64,000 nucleotides of DNA. Origin: Chiloscyllium plagiosum (lineage: Eukaryota). The stretch spans positions 20,372 through 84,371 of the forward strand of contig NW_025215293.1 of the NCBI RefSeq assembly GCF_004010195.1, written 5' to 3'. Made by a program: the position numbers and the translations under genes. Each line of letters starts with the position of its first letter. The stretch's first letter is position 1. Below, piece by piece: positions 25,331-38,155 of the stretch. Under the pieces are notes generated by a model. That model searched no databases. It was not told the origin of the DNA and worked only from the letters and a program-made list of their open reading frames with translations.

Positions 25331-26504
25331 GACACTATGAAAGTGACATGTGCAGACATTTAAACTGGTGTCACAATATTGCCATTCTCAATTCCCTTTT
25401 ACCAATCACATACTGTCAGTCTGACCAGCTGTGCTCTTGCTGCGTAAGGGCCTGTCCTTGTCCGCCCATGAGCAGCTGCCTAACTTTTGCAATCTTTCAG
25501 GCTTTCAAAGCTGCCCATGATTTGAAAGGAGGTTGCTAATTTGTGGTCAGGGCGGCTCCCATTTTCACACTCTGCCAGTTAATGGTGATGCCATCTATTT
25601 GACCTGGGTGACCTTTCTGCACTCAGCGCTGTCAGCAGTGTTAAGTATTTCCCCTTTATCTCGCAGCTGGTGTCTCTGCTGCCTTTAACATTACATTCAC
25701 ACCGATTGCTCCATTTCCTTCCAATGAAGGCATTGGCATTCCGTCAGAGGGAGCCAGGAGATAGCAAGGGTTGCAGATGCTGGAGAGTCAGAGTCATTAA
25801 AGGCACCCCTGGTCAGGCAGCATCTGAGGAGCAGGAGAGTCTACATTCCATTAGGACTTGGGAGGGGGAAGGGAGCTGAGGCATAGATGAGGGGGGTTGG
25901 GGCAAGGGGAAAGGTAGGTGGGATGGCGATAGGTGGGTGAGGAAAGGAGGTGATTGTGATGGGTTGGTGGGAAACGTGGAGCAGAGAGGTGGGAAGGAAG
26001 ATGGCCAGGTCAGATGTCCAGTCGGAAGATTGGATCTGGGATGGGGTGGGGGATTTGGAAACTGGTGAATTTGGTTGGAATCTCAGCCATGCTTTTTGTC
26101 CCAGGAGAGGATTCCTATTCTCATTCCGAGGTCATGCAATGCCCACGTCCTTTTGTTTTGGGGATCAGCTTGACTTTTGTTCCACAACCAGATCTAATTC
26201 CCTTACGGAACGTGGGCAATGTCTCGGAGTCGAGTGGAGATGTTCAGAAGGTTCAAGGCTATGTTCACCTCCCAGGTAATTCCGGGGGCTACCGTAGGGA
26301 ATTTTGAAACAAAACACAATTCACAGGATGTGAGCCTCACTGGGCAGGATGCACTGCTCATCTCGAGTTGTCCAGAAGATTGTTAAGGGTCAACCATATG
26401 GGTCTGGAGTCACGTATAGGCCAGACCAGGTAAACGTGGCAGTTTTCTTCCCTAAAGGACATTAGTTAAAAGATGGGTTTTCTCCCTGACAAACAGCAAT
26501 GATC

Positions 26505-27010
26505 ATTAGAGTGATAGAGCTGTACAGCACAGAAACAGACCCTTCAGTCCAACTTGTCCATGCCAGCCAGATATCCTAAGCCAATCTAGTCCCGTTTGCC
26601 AGTACTTGGCCCATATCGCTCTAAACCCTATTCATGTACCTATCCTGATGCCTTTTAAGATCATTGTACCAGCCTCCACCACTTCCTCCAGCAGCTCATT
26701 CCAAACACGTACCACCCTCTGCGTGAAAATATTGCCCCTCACGTCCCTTTTGTATCTTTCCCCTCTCACCCAAAGAGTTCTGGACTCCCCCAACCCAGGG
26801 GAAAGACTTATCTATTTACCATATTCGTGACTTTATAAACCTCTGTAAGGTCACCCCTCAGCCTCTGACGCTCCAGGGAAAACAGCCCCAACCTGTTCAG
26901 CCTCTCCCCACAGCTCAAACCCTCCAACCCCAGCAACAACCTTGTAAATCTTTTCTGAACCCTTTCAAATTTCACAACTTTCTTCCTACGGGAGGGAGAC
27001 CAGAGCTGTA
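26505..27010 (-). mobile_element. CR1 3' fragment
   Basis: CAGACCCTTCAGTCC tail; GTACCAGCCTCCACCACTTCC; CCTTGTAAATCTTTTCTGAACCC. Confidence 0.85.
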
Positions 27011-27602
27011 CCTATAAAGAAGCACTTGGATGATACTAAGGGAAAATTATAGAATTCCTCTCCAAGGGAGATTTAAATGGGCCAATTCTATCCCCTAATC
27101 ATTTGTGTATACTCGCTGATATTCTTATTTATGTTTCTCCTTCCTATTCAAAGTGACCTTTAATACTTTATCCTAATACATATCCCATGTAATGTGTCAA
27201 ACAGAAATTAAACAATTCCTCAAGTGCAGTTTAATTATTGTTTAAACAGGCTATTTTTCCCAATCTCATTCCTTTCCCCCCAAAAATTAAAAGTTATTCT
27301 GACCACCCCCCTCGCCTTCTAACTATTTATATCGTAACAGACTCGAAACATTCTCACTACTTTCAACTTCCTGAGAGTCAATCACGTATTGAAACTTGCT
27401 TGATGACCTTCCCAAGATTTTGTTAGAACAATTCAGACATTTGTCTCGGCCATCAGAAAATTGGAGTCAATTTCGATTTGGTGTGACTGCGGGAGCACCA
27501 TTAACATTAGAACCAGCATGTCAGGAAGGCTAAATAAACCAGATAACAATGAGTGAGCGATGGTGACTGAAAGCTAGGCAGCTGGGTTTTTCATGGAGAA
27601 TG

Positions 27603-27930
27603 GGCCCGGTGGCTCAGTGGTTAGCACTGCTGCCACACAGCACCGGGCTCGCAGGTTCGATTCCAGCCTCGGGCAACTGTCCGTGGGGAGTTTGCACATT
27701 TTCCCCAGTGTCTGTGTGGGTTTCCTCCCACAGTTCGAAGATGTGCATGTTAGGGAGTATTGACGATGCTGAAGTTGCCCCATAGCATCCAAGGATGTGT
27801 AGGTTCATGGGTTAGCCATGGGAACCGCAGCATTTGAGAGAAGGGGTGGGTCTGGGAGGAGTGGTCTTCAGAGGGACAGTGTGAGCTTGATGGGTCAAAT
27901 GGCCTGCTTCAACAGTATAGGGATTGTACA
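27603..27930 (+). mobile_element. HE1 SINE
   Basis: A/B boxes and body. Confidence 0.85.
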
Positions 27931-28129
27931 AAGCTCCCTTAATCTCCACTTTAGTCAGTGAATTCTGATGAAATGAAGTTTATAGCCCTCAGGAAATTCT
28001 AGACCAGGGTATCTCGCCTGATTTTGTTTTATCAAAATTCAGATAAAGTCACTGAACGGCTTCGGGAAGGTCAGTGGTGAAGCAGCAATGTCACTGGGTT
28101 AGTAATCCATGCAGGTGTTTGGGAGCATT

Positions 28130-28430
28130 GAACACCTACAGTGTCAGGGCAGGCCAATCCAGTCAATACCAACTCTGCAGAAACCACCTAGATCCACCCT
28201 ATCCCTGCATTTCCCAAGGCTAAACCACTCCACCTACACCTCCCTGGACAACTTAGCATGGCCATTCCACCCTAAGCTGCACATCTTTGGATAGTGGGTA
28301 GAAATTGGAATGAACTGACACAGACATGGGGAAGAACGTGCAAACTCCACACAGAGAGTCACCCAACAGTGAAATCGAACCCGTGTCCCTGGCGCCGTGA
28401 AGCAGCAGCGTTAACCACTGAGCTGCTGTG
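28130..28430 (-). mobile_element. HE1-like SINE
   Basis: AACGTGCAAACTCCACAC, ATCGAACCC, TTAACCACTGAG. Confidence 0.75.
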
Positions 28431-28889
28431 CCACATGGGCCTGAATCCAGCCGCGGAACCGAGTTTGTTTACAAAAGCTCCGGAATTAAAAGCCAGCCAC
28501 TGGCGATCACTGTTTGGAAAAGCCACCCGGTTCAGTGAAGGAAATCTGTCCGACCTTGTGCAGTTTGGACCTGGCACACGACTCCAGCTCCCCCCACCTA
28601 CCCCCCCCCCACCCTAACCCCCCCTCACCCTCCCCAGTGATGCGGTTGCCGCTTACCTGAGCAAATAGATGGGCGACCGGTTCTGGCCCGAGCCTCTGGC
28701 ATCCAGGTCCTACCAACAAATGAAGGAAAGAACATTCTGTCACCACTTCCCTTTTGCAAATGCTGAGGTTTGCTACTTTAGTCACAAGCGAGTGACGGAA
28801 GACACATTGCAAGGCCAGGCTGAGAGAACTCCCCAACAGCCTTCTGAAAACTACAGATTACACACTCGAATCAGTTCGACCGCACATGA

Positions 28890-29636
28890 ATTCGCCATGC
28901 TAAATTGTCCATTGTATCCAGGGATGTGCAGGTTAGGATGGATTAGCCATCCTAAATTGCCCCATTGTGCCTGGAGATGTGTACGTTGGGTGGATTGTCC
29001 ATGATAAATTGCCCATTGTGCCTGGAGATGTATAGGTTGGTCAGGATTGGCCATGCTAAATTGCCCATTGTGCTTGGAGATGTGTACATTGGGTGGATTG
29101 GCCATGATAAATTGCCCATTGTGCCTGGAGACGTATAGGTTGGTCGGGATTGGCCATACTAAAGTGTCCATTGTGCTGGAGATGTATAGGTTGGGTGGAT
29201 TGGCCATGCTAAATTGCCCATTGTGCCTGGAGATGTATAGGTTGGGTGGATTATCCATGATAAATTGCCCATTGTGCCTGGAGATGTATAGGTTGGGTGC
29301 ATTGTCCATGATAAATTGCCCATTGTGCTTGGAGATGTATAGGTTGGGTGGATTGGCCATGATAAATTGCCCATTGTGCCTGGAGATGTATAGGTTGGGT
29401 GGATTGGCCATGATAAATTGCCCATTGTGCTTGGAGATGTGTGCATTGGGTGGATTGGCCATGCTAAATTGCGCATTGAGCCTGAAGATGTGTAGGTTGG
29501 TCGGGATTGGCCATACTAAAGTGTCCATTGTGCTGGAGATGTGTAGATTGGGTGGATTGACCATAGGAAATGTGGGGTTATAGGGCCTGGGTGGGAAGCT
29601 CTTCGGAATGTTGTTGGGCCAAATGGCCTGTTTCCC
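28890..29636 (+). repeat. 51-bp minisatellite (~13 units) derived from the internal HE1 SINE segment, ending in the SINE 3' tail
   Basis: Unit GGATTGGCCATGATAAATTGCCCATTGTGCCTGGAGATGTATAGGTTGGGT matches the SINE GGCCATGCTAAATTGCCC region; followed by TTGGGCCAAATGGCCTGTTTCC. Confidence 0.88.
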
Positions 29637-30202
29637 AATTCTCTCGGTGAGGTAAAGCCCACAGCAACTGAAGGAGGCCATTCAGCCCGTCAAGTTTGTC
29701 CCACCATTCAACATGGCTGACCTGCGCTTCCTCAACTCCACTTTTCCTGCCTTCCTCCCCTTGACCCTCGATTCGTCCACTGATTCAAATCCTGCCATTT
29801 TCATTCTCGCAGGCCGTCTGCATCGACCTGCAGGCTTTTCACTCACTCCCGGCCTCCCCACCCATCTTTCTGCCAATTCACACATTCACTTCCCTCAGCC
29901 GAGTCACTTGTTATTTCTATGTATCACAGAGCAAAAACAGTGGGTTTCGGGACAAATCCCCTTCCCTCAAACCCGACCAGCTTCCAAAGCATCTTCGAGA
30001 CGACCAACGCGAGTTTCTCCGGAACTTCCTGCGTTTGCACTTTCACAGTTCTGTCCCTTTCTCCACTTGGAGACGGCAGTGGCTCATTTGTCCAAAAACT
30101 CACACTCTCCCCTCCACCCCAACAGCAAGAGACAGCGATGGGCAGTCGCCTGAGTTGCAGTGACAGTCCGTTCCCGAGACATACAGAAATAAAATGACTC
30201 AC

Positions 30203-30450
30203 CTGTAACCTGTGTCTTCAGAGATCTTTTGCGATGCGGTGGAATCAGGATGGATTGTGGAGTCTCTGAAGTTCTTTCTCAAAAGACTTTTAAATGGTCT
30301 GCTTTTTTTGCTTAATAATTGCTCCCTCTCTCACTCCTTGAATCACTCAGTCTTTCCACCTCACGTTTTTCTGAATGTTCAGTCACACTGTCTATCAGCT
30401 ATTCCTTTCTCTCTCTCGTTCTCTCAGCGTGTCTGTCTCTCTCTTGCTGT
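30203..30450 (-). promoter_or_regulatory. Candidate non-coding first exon / 5' UTR of the GPCR (5' boundary uncertain)
   Basis: Consensus donor CAG|GTGAGT on the minus strand (exon ends 30203) inside a ~900-bp repeat-free island; no ATG in the ~100 nt before the donor. Confidence 0.5.
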
Positions 30451-30819
30451 TTTTCGTGAAACATGAGATTTTGTTACTGAACGCCTTGGTGATTAATCAT
30501 TGCAACCCAAATGGCTTCCAATAAACCTCTCACTCAGAATCCCATGCCTTTCTTTGTTAGTAATATTATTTTAAGTGCTTGGAATTTCCACATTGTGCAA
30601 CTGAATGTGTTTGATCAGAGATTGCTCACTGGAGCCTGTTACAGACTCTCATTAATCATGCATTTGGAGCGAGCAAGGGGGTAAAAAGCAGTAAAAGGGT
30701 TCTGAGCAGTTCATTAGCGCTGCCTGAGACTCACAGTCTGAAGATAAGGGACAGAGATGAGAGGGTTCTTCACAGAGAAAAAACAATTGAAGCCAAAACG
30801 TTAAATGCTTTCAAGTAGG

Positions 30820-31503
30820 GGAAAAACTTTTTCTCTGGAGCGGCCGAGGCTGAGGGGAGACTTGAAAGGAGTCTACAAAATTATGAGACACATTGGCAGG
30901 GTGGACGGTCAGAGTCTTTTGTTTCCCCAGAGTTGCAATGTCTAAAATTAGGGGATGTGCATTTAAGGGGGCAAGTTCAAAGGAGAGGTGAGGGGCATTT
31001 TGTTAACGAGGGTGGGAGGAGTCAGGAACGTGCTGTCAGGGTGGTGGTGGAGGCAGATGAGATGGGGTGTTTAAGAGGTTTTTAGATAAGCACATGGATA
31101 TGCAAGGGATGGAGGGACATGGAGCAAGGGCAGGCAGCGGGGCTTAGTCTAATTTGACGCCATGTTCATTGTGGGCCGAAAGGCCTGTTTCGGTGTTGTT
31201 ACTGTTCTATGATTAGATTCCCCACAGTGCGAAAACAGGCCCTTTGGCCCAACAAGTCCGCACCAACCCTCTGAAAAGTAACCCACCCAGACCTATTTCC
31301 CTCTGAACGATGCACCTAAAACTATGGGCAATTTAGCACGGCCAATTTACCTGACCTGTGGGAGGAAACTGGAGCACCCGGAGGAAACCCACGCAGAGGA
31401 TGTGGAAACTCCACACACACACACACACAGTCGCCCGAGGCTGGAATTGAACGTGGAAGCCCTAATGCTGTGAGGCAGCAGTGCTAACCACTGAGCCATC
31501 ATG
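30820..31503. mobile_element. CR1 3' fragment (+, ~30820-31212) abutting an HE1 SINE (-, ~31213-31503)
   Basis: GAGGCTGAGGGGAGAC...GGGCCGAAAGGCCTG and GCAGCAGTGCTAACCACTGAG. Confidence 0.8.
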
Positions 31504-31809
31504 CTATTCTATGTTCAAACTAGCTTGGTTCTTAGGATGAAAAGCATAGGGGGCAAGGGGAAACCAGGGTAAATGGTCATGTGGAATGGCAGAGCAGGTT
31601 TGAAGGGCAGAATGGCCCACTCCACCTCCTACATTCTATGCTTCGAATGTTAAAACCAGCTGGACCCCTGAAGCATATTCAACAGAGGACCGGGAGAGAG
31701 GAATGAGGTGCAGTCAGGATGTTGCTGAGCTCAAATGCGGGGTGAGGAGTTACAAGGGAGTACCGGAGGAAATAGAGAGGGACCTTGGTCCATAGCTCCC
31801 AGAAGTCAG

Positions 31810-31950
31810 GAATACAGGTATTCCTGATGAAGGGCTTTTGCCCGAAACGTCGATTTTCCTGCTCCTCGGATGCTGCCTGACCTGCTGTGCTTTTCCAGCA
31901 CCACTCTAATCCAGAATCTGGTTTCCAGGATCTGCAGTCCTTGTTTTTAC
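31810..31950 (+). mobile_element. Penelope-derived short insertion with intact hammerhead core
   Basis: Perfect 14-bp duplication CTCCCAGAAGTCAG (31796-31809 / 31951-31964). Confidence 0.9.
31820..31856 (+). ncRNA. Minimal type I hammerhead ribozyme (family A)
   Basis: CTGATGA (31824-30), A, GGGC-TTTT-GCCC stem II, GAAA (31844-47), C-GTC; predicted cleavage after 31851; ACGT palindromic stem III. Confidence 0.8.
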
Positions 31951-34171
31951 CTCCCAGAAGTCAGCAAGGCAAGTAGTTCAGAAGGTATATGGGGTATTTG
32001 CCTTTATCAATCAACACATTAACTAGAAGAGCAAGGGCGAAAGGGCACTCCATGTAATACCGAATGAGAAAGGGAGTAGGTGACATTATTTTATGATTTG
32101 TGTTTTGTATTGTCACGTGTATTTTACAGTTTTCCCATTGTTGCCATGACCCGGCACTCTAGTTTTAAGAAAGAGAAGAGAAATAGGAAGGTAGAGCTTC
32201 AAGGGAGTCTCTCAGCCCTGAGCCAGTTCATTGTCAATGACCCCTGAGCTGCCATCCCATCCCCCACCATCTTGCCACTGCCAATGGTGGACCTGTCAAT
32301 GTCGGAGTCCGGTCTCTCACCGATGTCACTGCGATCCCCTCCCCCCCCAACGCTTCGTCGCCGTCAACAACAAAGTCACCCGCCCTCAGACACCACCTTT
32401 CCCTGCTGAGCATATCACGCTGATTGTAGCAGCCACCAATACCTATGCACGAGGTCCTGTGCTCGTCCCTGGAAACGTAAATAGGGGCTCGCTCACCGAC
32501 ACACTTGGGTCCGCACTGGGCCCATTCAAATCCGCATTCACCTCACTCAAATCTGTACAGGGATCACTGAAATCCGCACTCACCTCACTCAAATCCGTAT
32601 AGGGATCACTTAAATCCGCATTGGGCCCACTCAAATCCACATCACTCCACTCAAACCCATACAGGGATCACTTAAATCCGTATTGGGCCCACTCAAATCC
32701 ACATCACTCCACTCAAATCCGGACAGGGATCACTTAAATCCGTATTGGGCCCACTCAAATCCACACTCACTCCACTCAAATCCGGACAGGGATCACTTAA
32801 ATCCGTATTGGGCCTACTCAACTCCACACTCACTCCACTCAAATCCGGACAGGGATCACTTAAATCCGTATTGGGCCTACTCAAATCCACACTCACTCCA
32901 CTCAAATTCGGACAGGGATCACTTAAATCCGTATTGGGCCCACTCAAATCCGCACTCACTCCACTCAAATCCGGACAGGGATCACTTAAATCCATATTGG
33001 GCACATTCAAATCCGCACTCACCTCACTCAAATCCGTACAGGCATCACTTAAATCTGCATTGGGCCCACTCAAATCCGCACTCACTCCACTCAAATCCGT
33101 ATAGGGATCACTTAAATCCGCACTGGGACCACTCAATTCTACACTGGGCCCTCTCAAGTCTGCACTCAGCTTACTCAAGTCCCGTGCTGGGCCCTCTTGA
33201 GTATGCATAAGACCCATCCGAGTCTACACTCGGCCCATTCAAATCCAAGCCAGACCCAACTGGGTCGGTGCTGGGCCCACTCAAGTCTATGCTGGGCCCT
33301 CTCGAGACTGCAGTGGGCCCACTAGAGTCCATCTGGGCCCTCTTGTGCCTATTCTGGGCCCTCTCAGGTCCAAATGGGGTTGCACTGGGCCCTTTCAAAT
33401 TCTCACTGGGCCCACTCAAATCCACACTGGTCCAATTCAAATCCGCACTGAGCCCTTTCAAATTCTCACTGGGCACACTCAATTCCACACTGGACCAATT
33501 TAAATCCACACTGGGCCCTTTCAAATTCTCACTGGGCCCACTCAAATCCACACTGGTCCAATTTAAATCTGCACTGGGCCCTTTCAAATTCTCACTGGGC
33601 CCACTCAAATCCACACTGGACCAATTTAAATCCACACTGCGCCCTTTCAAATTCTCACTGGGCCCACTCAAATCCACACTGGACCAATTTAAATCTGCAC
33701 TAGGCCCTTTCAAATTCTCACTGGGCCCACTCAAATCCACATTGGGCCAATTCAAATCCGCACTGGGCCCTTTCAAATTCTCACTGGGCCCACTCAAATC
33801 CACACTGGGCCATTTCAAATCCACACTGGGCCCTTTCAAATTCTCACTGGGCCCACTCAAATCCACATTGGGCCAATTCAAATCCACACTGGGCCAATTC
33901 AAATCCGCACTGGGCCCAATGAAATCCACAATGGACTCCTAATCAAATCTGCACTGAATCCACTTAAATCCACGGTGGGCCCTCTCAAATTCATATTGGG
34001 CCTTCTCATATCTGCACTGGGACCACTCAGATCTGCACTGGGCCCACTCAATTCTCCGCTGGGCCCTCTCACGTTTGCACTGAGCTTACTCAAGTCCCAC
34101 GCTGGGCCCCTTGAGACCGCATTCGACCCATCTGAATCTACACTTGTCCCATGTAAATCCACACCAGACAC

Positions 34172-34510
34172 GAGGGGTGGCACAGTGGCTCAGTGGTTAG
34201 CACTGCTGCCTCACAGCACCAGGGACCCAGGTTCGATTCCAGCCTTGGGGCGACTGTCTGTGTGGAGTTTGCACATTCTCCCCGTGTCTCCATGGGTTTC
34301 CTCCGGGTGCTCCGGTTTCCTCACACAGTCCAAAGCTGCTCAGGTTAGGGTGAATTGGCCATGCTAAATTGCCATATAGGGTTATGTAGGTTAGGTCCAT
34401 TAGTCAGGGGCAAGTAGGGGAATGGGTCTGGGTGGGTTACTCTTCGGAGGGTCAGTGTGGACTTTTGGGCCGAAGGGCCTGTTTCCACACTATAGGAATG
34501 CTAATTCTAA
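34172..34510 (+). mobile_element. HE1 SINE inserted into the satellite
   Basis: GGTGGCACAGTGGCTCAGTGGTTAGCAC...GGGCCGAAGGGCCTGTTTCCACAC. Confidence 0.92.
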
Positions 34511-36107
34511 GTGGGGCTATGTTAAGCCCACTCAAGTCCCTCTTGAGACTGCAGTGGGCCCACTAGAGTCCATCTGGGGCCCACTCAGGTCTGCACAGTG
34601 CCCTCTTGAGTCTGCACTCGGCCTATTCAAATACACACCAGACCCAATAAGGTCAGTGCTGGGCCCTCTCGAGACTGCAGTGGGCCCACTTGAGTCTGCC
34701 TGGATCCTCCTGAGACACACTCGAGTCTACACTGGGCCCACTCAAATCCACACTGGGCCCAATGCAATCTGCAATAGACCTAATCAGATCCACACTGGGC
34801 CTTCTCATATCCGCACTGGGACCACTCAAATTCGCACTGGGCCCACTTGATTCTACGCTGGGCCCTCTCACGTCTGCATTGAGCTTACTCAAGTCCCGTG
34901 CTGGGCCCCTTGAGACCCCACTGGACCCATCTGAATCTGCATCCGACCCATTCAAATCCACATCAGGCACAAGTGTCTCTATACTGGGCCCACTCAAGTC
35001 TATGCTGGGCCCTCTAGAGACAGCAGTGAACAGAGTCCATCTGGGCCCTCTTGTGCCTCTTCTGGGCCCTCTCGAGTCAGTCTGTTTCAGCCCTCTCAAG
35101 TCCACTTTGAGCCCATCAAGTCAATCTGAGACGCACCCGAGATCACACTGGACCGTCTCAAATCCACACTGGGCGCAATCAAATCCGCATTGGGCTCTGT
35201 CAAGTCTGTACTGGGCCAACTCACGTCCACACTGGTTCTACTCAAATCTGTACTGGGCCTTTTCAAATCTACACTGGGCCTTCTCAAATCTGCACTAGGC
35301 CCACTGAAATCCACAACGGGCACACTCAAATCCACAATGGATTCACTCAAGTTCACACTGGGCCTTCTCAAATCTGCACTATGCCCTCTCAAATTCACAC
35401 TGGGCTCACTAAAATCCCCAGTGGGCTCTCTCAAATCCACACTGGGCCTTCTCATATCTGCACTGAGACCACTCAAATCCGCATTGGGTCCACTCAATTC
35501 TATGCTGGGCCCTCTCACGTCTGCATTGAGTTTACTCAAGTCCCGTGCTGGGCCCCTTGAGAGTGCCCTGGTCCCATCCGAGTCTACACTCAGCCCATTC
35601 GAATCCACACCAGACCCAACTGGGTCAGTTATGGGCCCACTAACGTCTATGTTGGACCCTCTCTAGACTGCAGTGGGCCCAATAGATCCACGTGGGCCCT
35701 CTTGTGCCTGTTCTGGGCCCTCTCAAGCCTGCTCTGAGCCAATCAAGTCCGTCTGGGATGCACCCGAGTCCACACTGGGTCCTGTGAAATCTGCACTGGG
35801 CCCACTCAAATCTGAACTGTGCCCATTTAAATCTGCACAGGATCCTATCAAATCCACACTAGGCCCACACAAATCCGCAATGGATCCACTCAAATCCACA
35901 CTGGGCCCAATCAAATCTACACAGGGCATAAACAAATCTGCACTGGACTCACTCAAATCCACACTGAACTCTCTCAAGTCTGCACTGGCCCCACTCGAGT
36001 CCACACTGGGCCCACTCAAGTGTAGACTGGTTTCACACAAATCCACATTGGGCCTTTGCAAATCTGCACTGGGCCTTTTCAAATCCACCCTGAGCTCACT
36101 CAAATCC

Positions 36108-37182
36108 ATTTGGATACAGAACTGGCGGAAAGGTAGAAGACAGAGGGTGGTGGTGGAAGTTTGTTTTTCAGACTGGAGGCCTGTGACCAGTGGAGTGCCA
36201 CAAGGATCGGTGCTGGGTCCTCAACTTTTTTGTCATTTTCATAAATGATTTGGATGTGAGCTTAAGAGGTACAGTTAGTAAGTTTGCAGATGACACGAAA
36301 ATTGGAGGTGTTGTGGACAGCGAAGTGGGTTACCTCAGATTACAACCGGATCTGGACCAGATGGGCCAATGGGCTGAGAAGTGGCAGATGGAGTTTAATT
36401 CAGATAAGTGCGAGGTGCTGCATTTTGGGAAAGCAAATATTAGCAGGACTTATACACTTAATGGTTAGGTCCTATGGAGTGTTGCTGAACAAAGAGACCT
36501 TGGAGTGCAGGTTCATAGCTCCTTGAAAGTGGAGTCACAGGTAGATAGGATAGTGAAAAGGCATTTGGTATCTGTCAGAGTATTGAGTACAGGAGTTGAG
36601 AGGTCAAGTTGCAGCTGTACAGGACATTGGTTAGGCAACAGTTGGAATATTGCGTGCAATTCTGGTCTCCTTCCTATCGGAAAGATGTTGTGAAACTTGA
36701 AAGGGTTCAGAAAAGATTGACGAGTGTGTTGCCAGGGTTGGAGGATCTGAGCTACAGGGAGAGGCTGAATAGGCTGGGACTGTTTTCCCTAGAGCGTCGG
36801 AGGCTGAGGGGTGACCTTATAGAGGTTTACAAAATTATGAGGGGCATGGATAGTCTTTTCCCCTGGGGTGGGGGGAGTCCAGAACTAGAGGACATAGGTT
36901 TTGGGTGAGAGGGGAAAGATATAAAAGAAACCTAAGGGGCAACTTTTTCACACAGAGGGTGGTACGTGTGTGGAATGAGCTGCCAAAGGAAGTGGTGGAG
37001 GCTGGTACAATTGCAACATTTAAGAGGCATTTGGATGGGTATATGAATAGGAAGGGTTTGGAGGGATATGGGCCAGGTGCTGGCAGGTGGGACTAGATTG
37101 GGTTGGGATATCTGGTCAGCATGGACAGGTTGGACCAAAGGGTCTGTTTCCGTGCTGTACATCTTTATGACTCTATGACTCT
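36108..37182 (+). mobile_element. 5'-truncated CR1 (HER1-type) inserted into the satellite
   Basis: QRVVV...[50 protein letters not shown] tail; AAATCC on both flanks. Confidence 0.95.
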
Positions 37183-38104
37183 AAATCCGCACTGGGTCCA
37201 CTCAAATCAGCACTGGGCCCTCTCGAGTCTGCATTGGGCCCTCTCAAGTCTTCACTGGACCCACTCAAATCTGCACTTCGCCCAATCGAATCCGCACTGG
37301 GCCCAATCAAATCCACATAGGATGACTCAAATCGCACTGAGCCCTTTCAAATCCACACTAGGCCCACTCAAGTCTGCAATGGGAACACTTAAATCTGCAC
37401 TGGATCCATTCAAATCCACACTGGGCTCTCTCAAATCCGCATTAGGCCTACTCAAATCTGCACTGTGCCCACTCAAATCCACACTGGGCCCACTCTTATC
37501 CATAGTGGTTCCACTCAAATCTGCACTGGACCTTCTCAAATCCACACTGGGCACACTCAAATCCACAATGGGTTCACTCAAGTCCATACTACATCCATTC
37601 AAATCTGCATTGGCCCACTCGGGTCCACACTGGTGGACTCAAATCTGACTGTGCCTTCTCCACTTTGCACTGGACCCACTCAAATTCACACGGGACTCAC
37701 ACAAATCCACACTGGGCCCTCTCAAATCCGTACTGGGCCCTCATATATCCGCACTGGGGACCACTCAAATCTGCACTGGGCCCACTCAATTCTACGCTGG
37801 ACCCTCTCATGTCTGCACTGAGCTTACTCAAGTCCCATGCTGGGCCCCTTGAGTCTGCACTGGAACCATCCGAGTCTGCACTCGGCCCATTCAAATCCAC
37901 ACCAGACACAAGTGAGTCTGTGCTGGGCCCACTCAAGTCTATGCTGGGCCTCTCGAGACAGCAGTGGGCCCTCCAGAGTCCATCTGGGCCTTTGTGCCTG
38001 TTCTGGGCCCTCTTGAGTCTGCCTGGGCACTCTCAGGTCCATCTGGGACCCACTCGAGTCTGAACTGGCCCCATTTGAGTCCGCACTTGGCCTATTCAAA
38101 TCCA

Positions 38105-38155
38105 GAGGCAGGATGCTGCCTGACCTGCTGTGCTGTTCCAGCAATAAAGTTTCAA
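38105..38155 (+). mobile_element. 51-bp Penelope terminal fragment
   Basis: GGATGCTGCCTGACCTGCTGTGCTGTTCCAGCAATAAAGTTTCAA flanked by 13-bp CTATTCAAATCCA duplication. Confidence 0.8.

Noticed and set aside
28890..29570. CRISPR-like regular repeat and Cys-rich 178/276-aa ORFs
   Set aside because: No unique spacers; tandem copies of a SINE segment in eukaryotic DNA; the ORFs arise because the unit is a multiple of 3.
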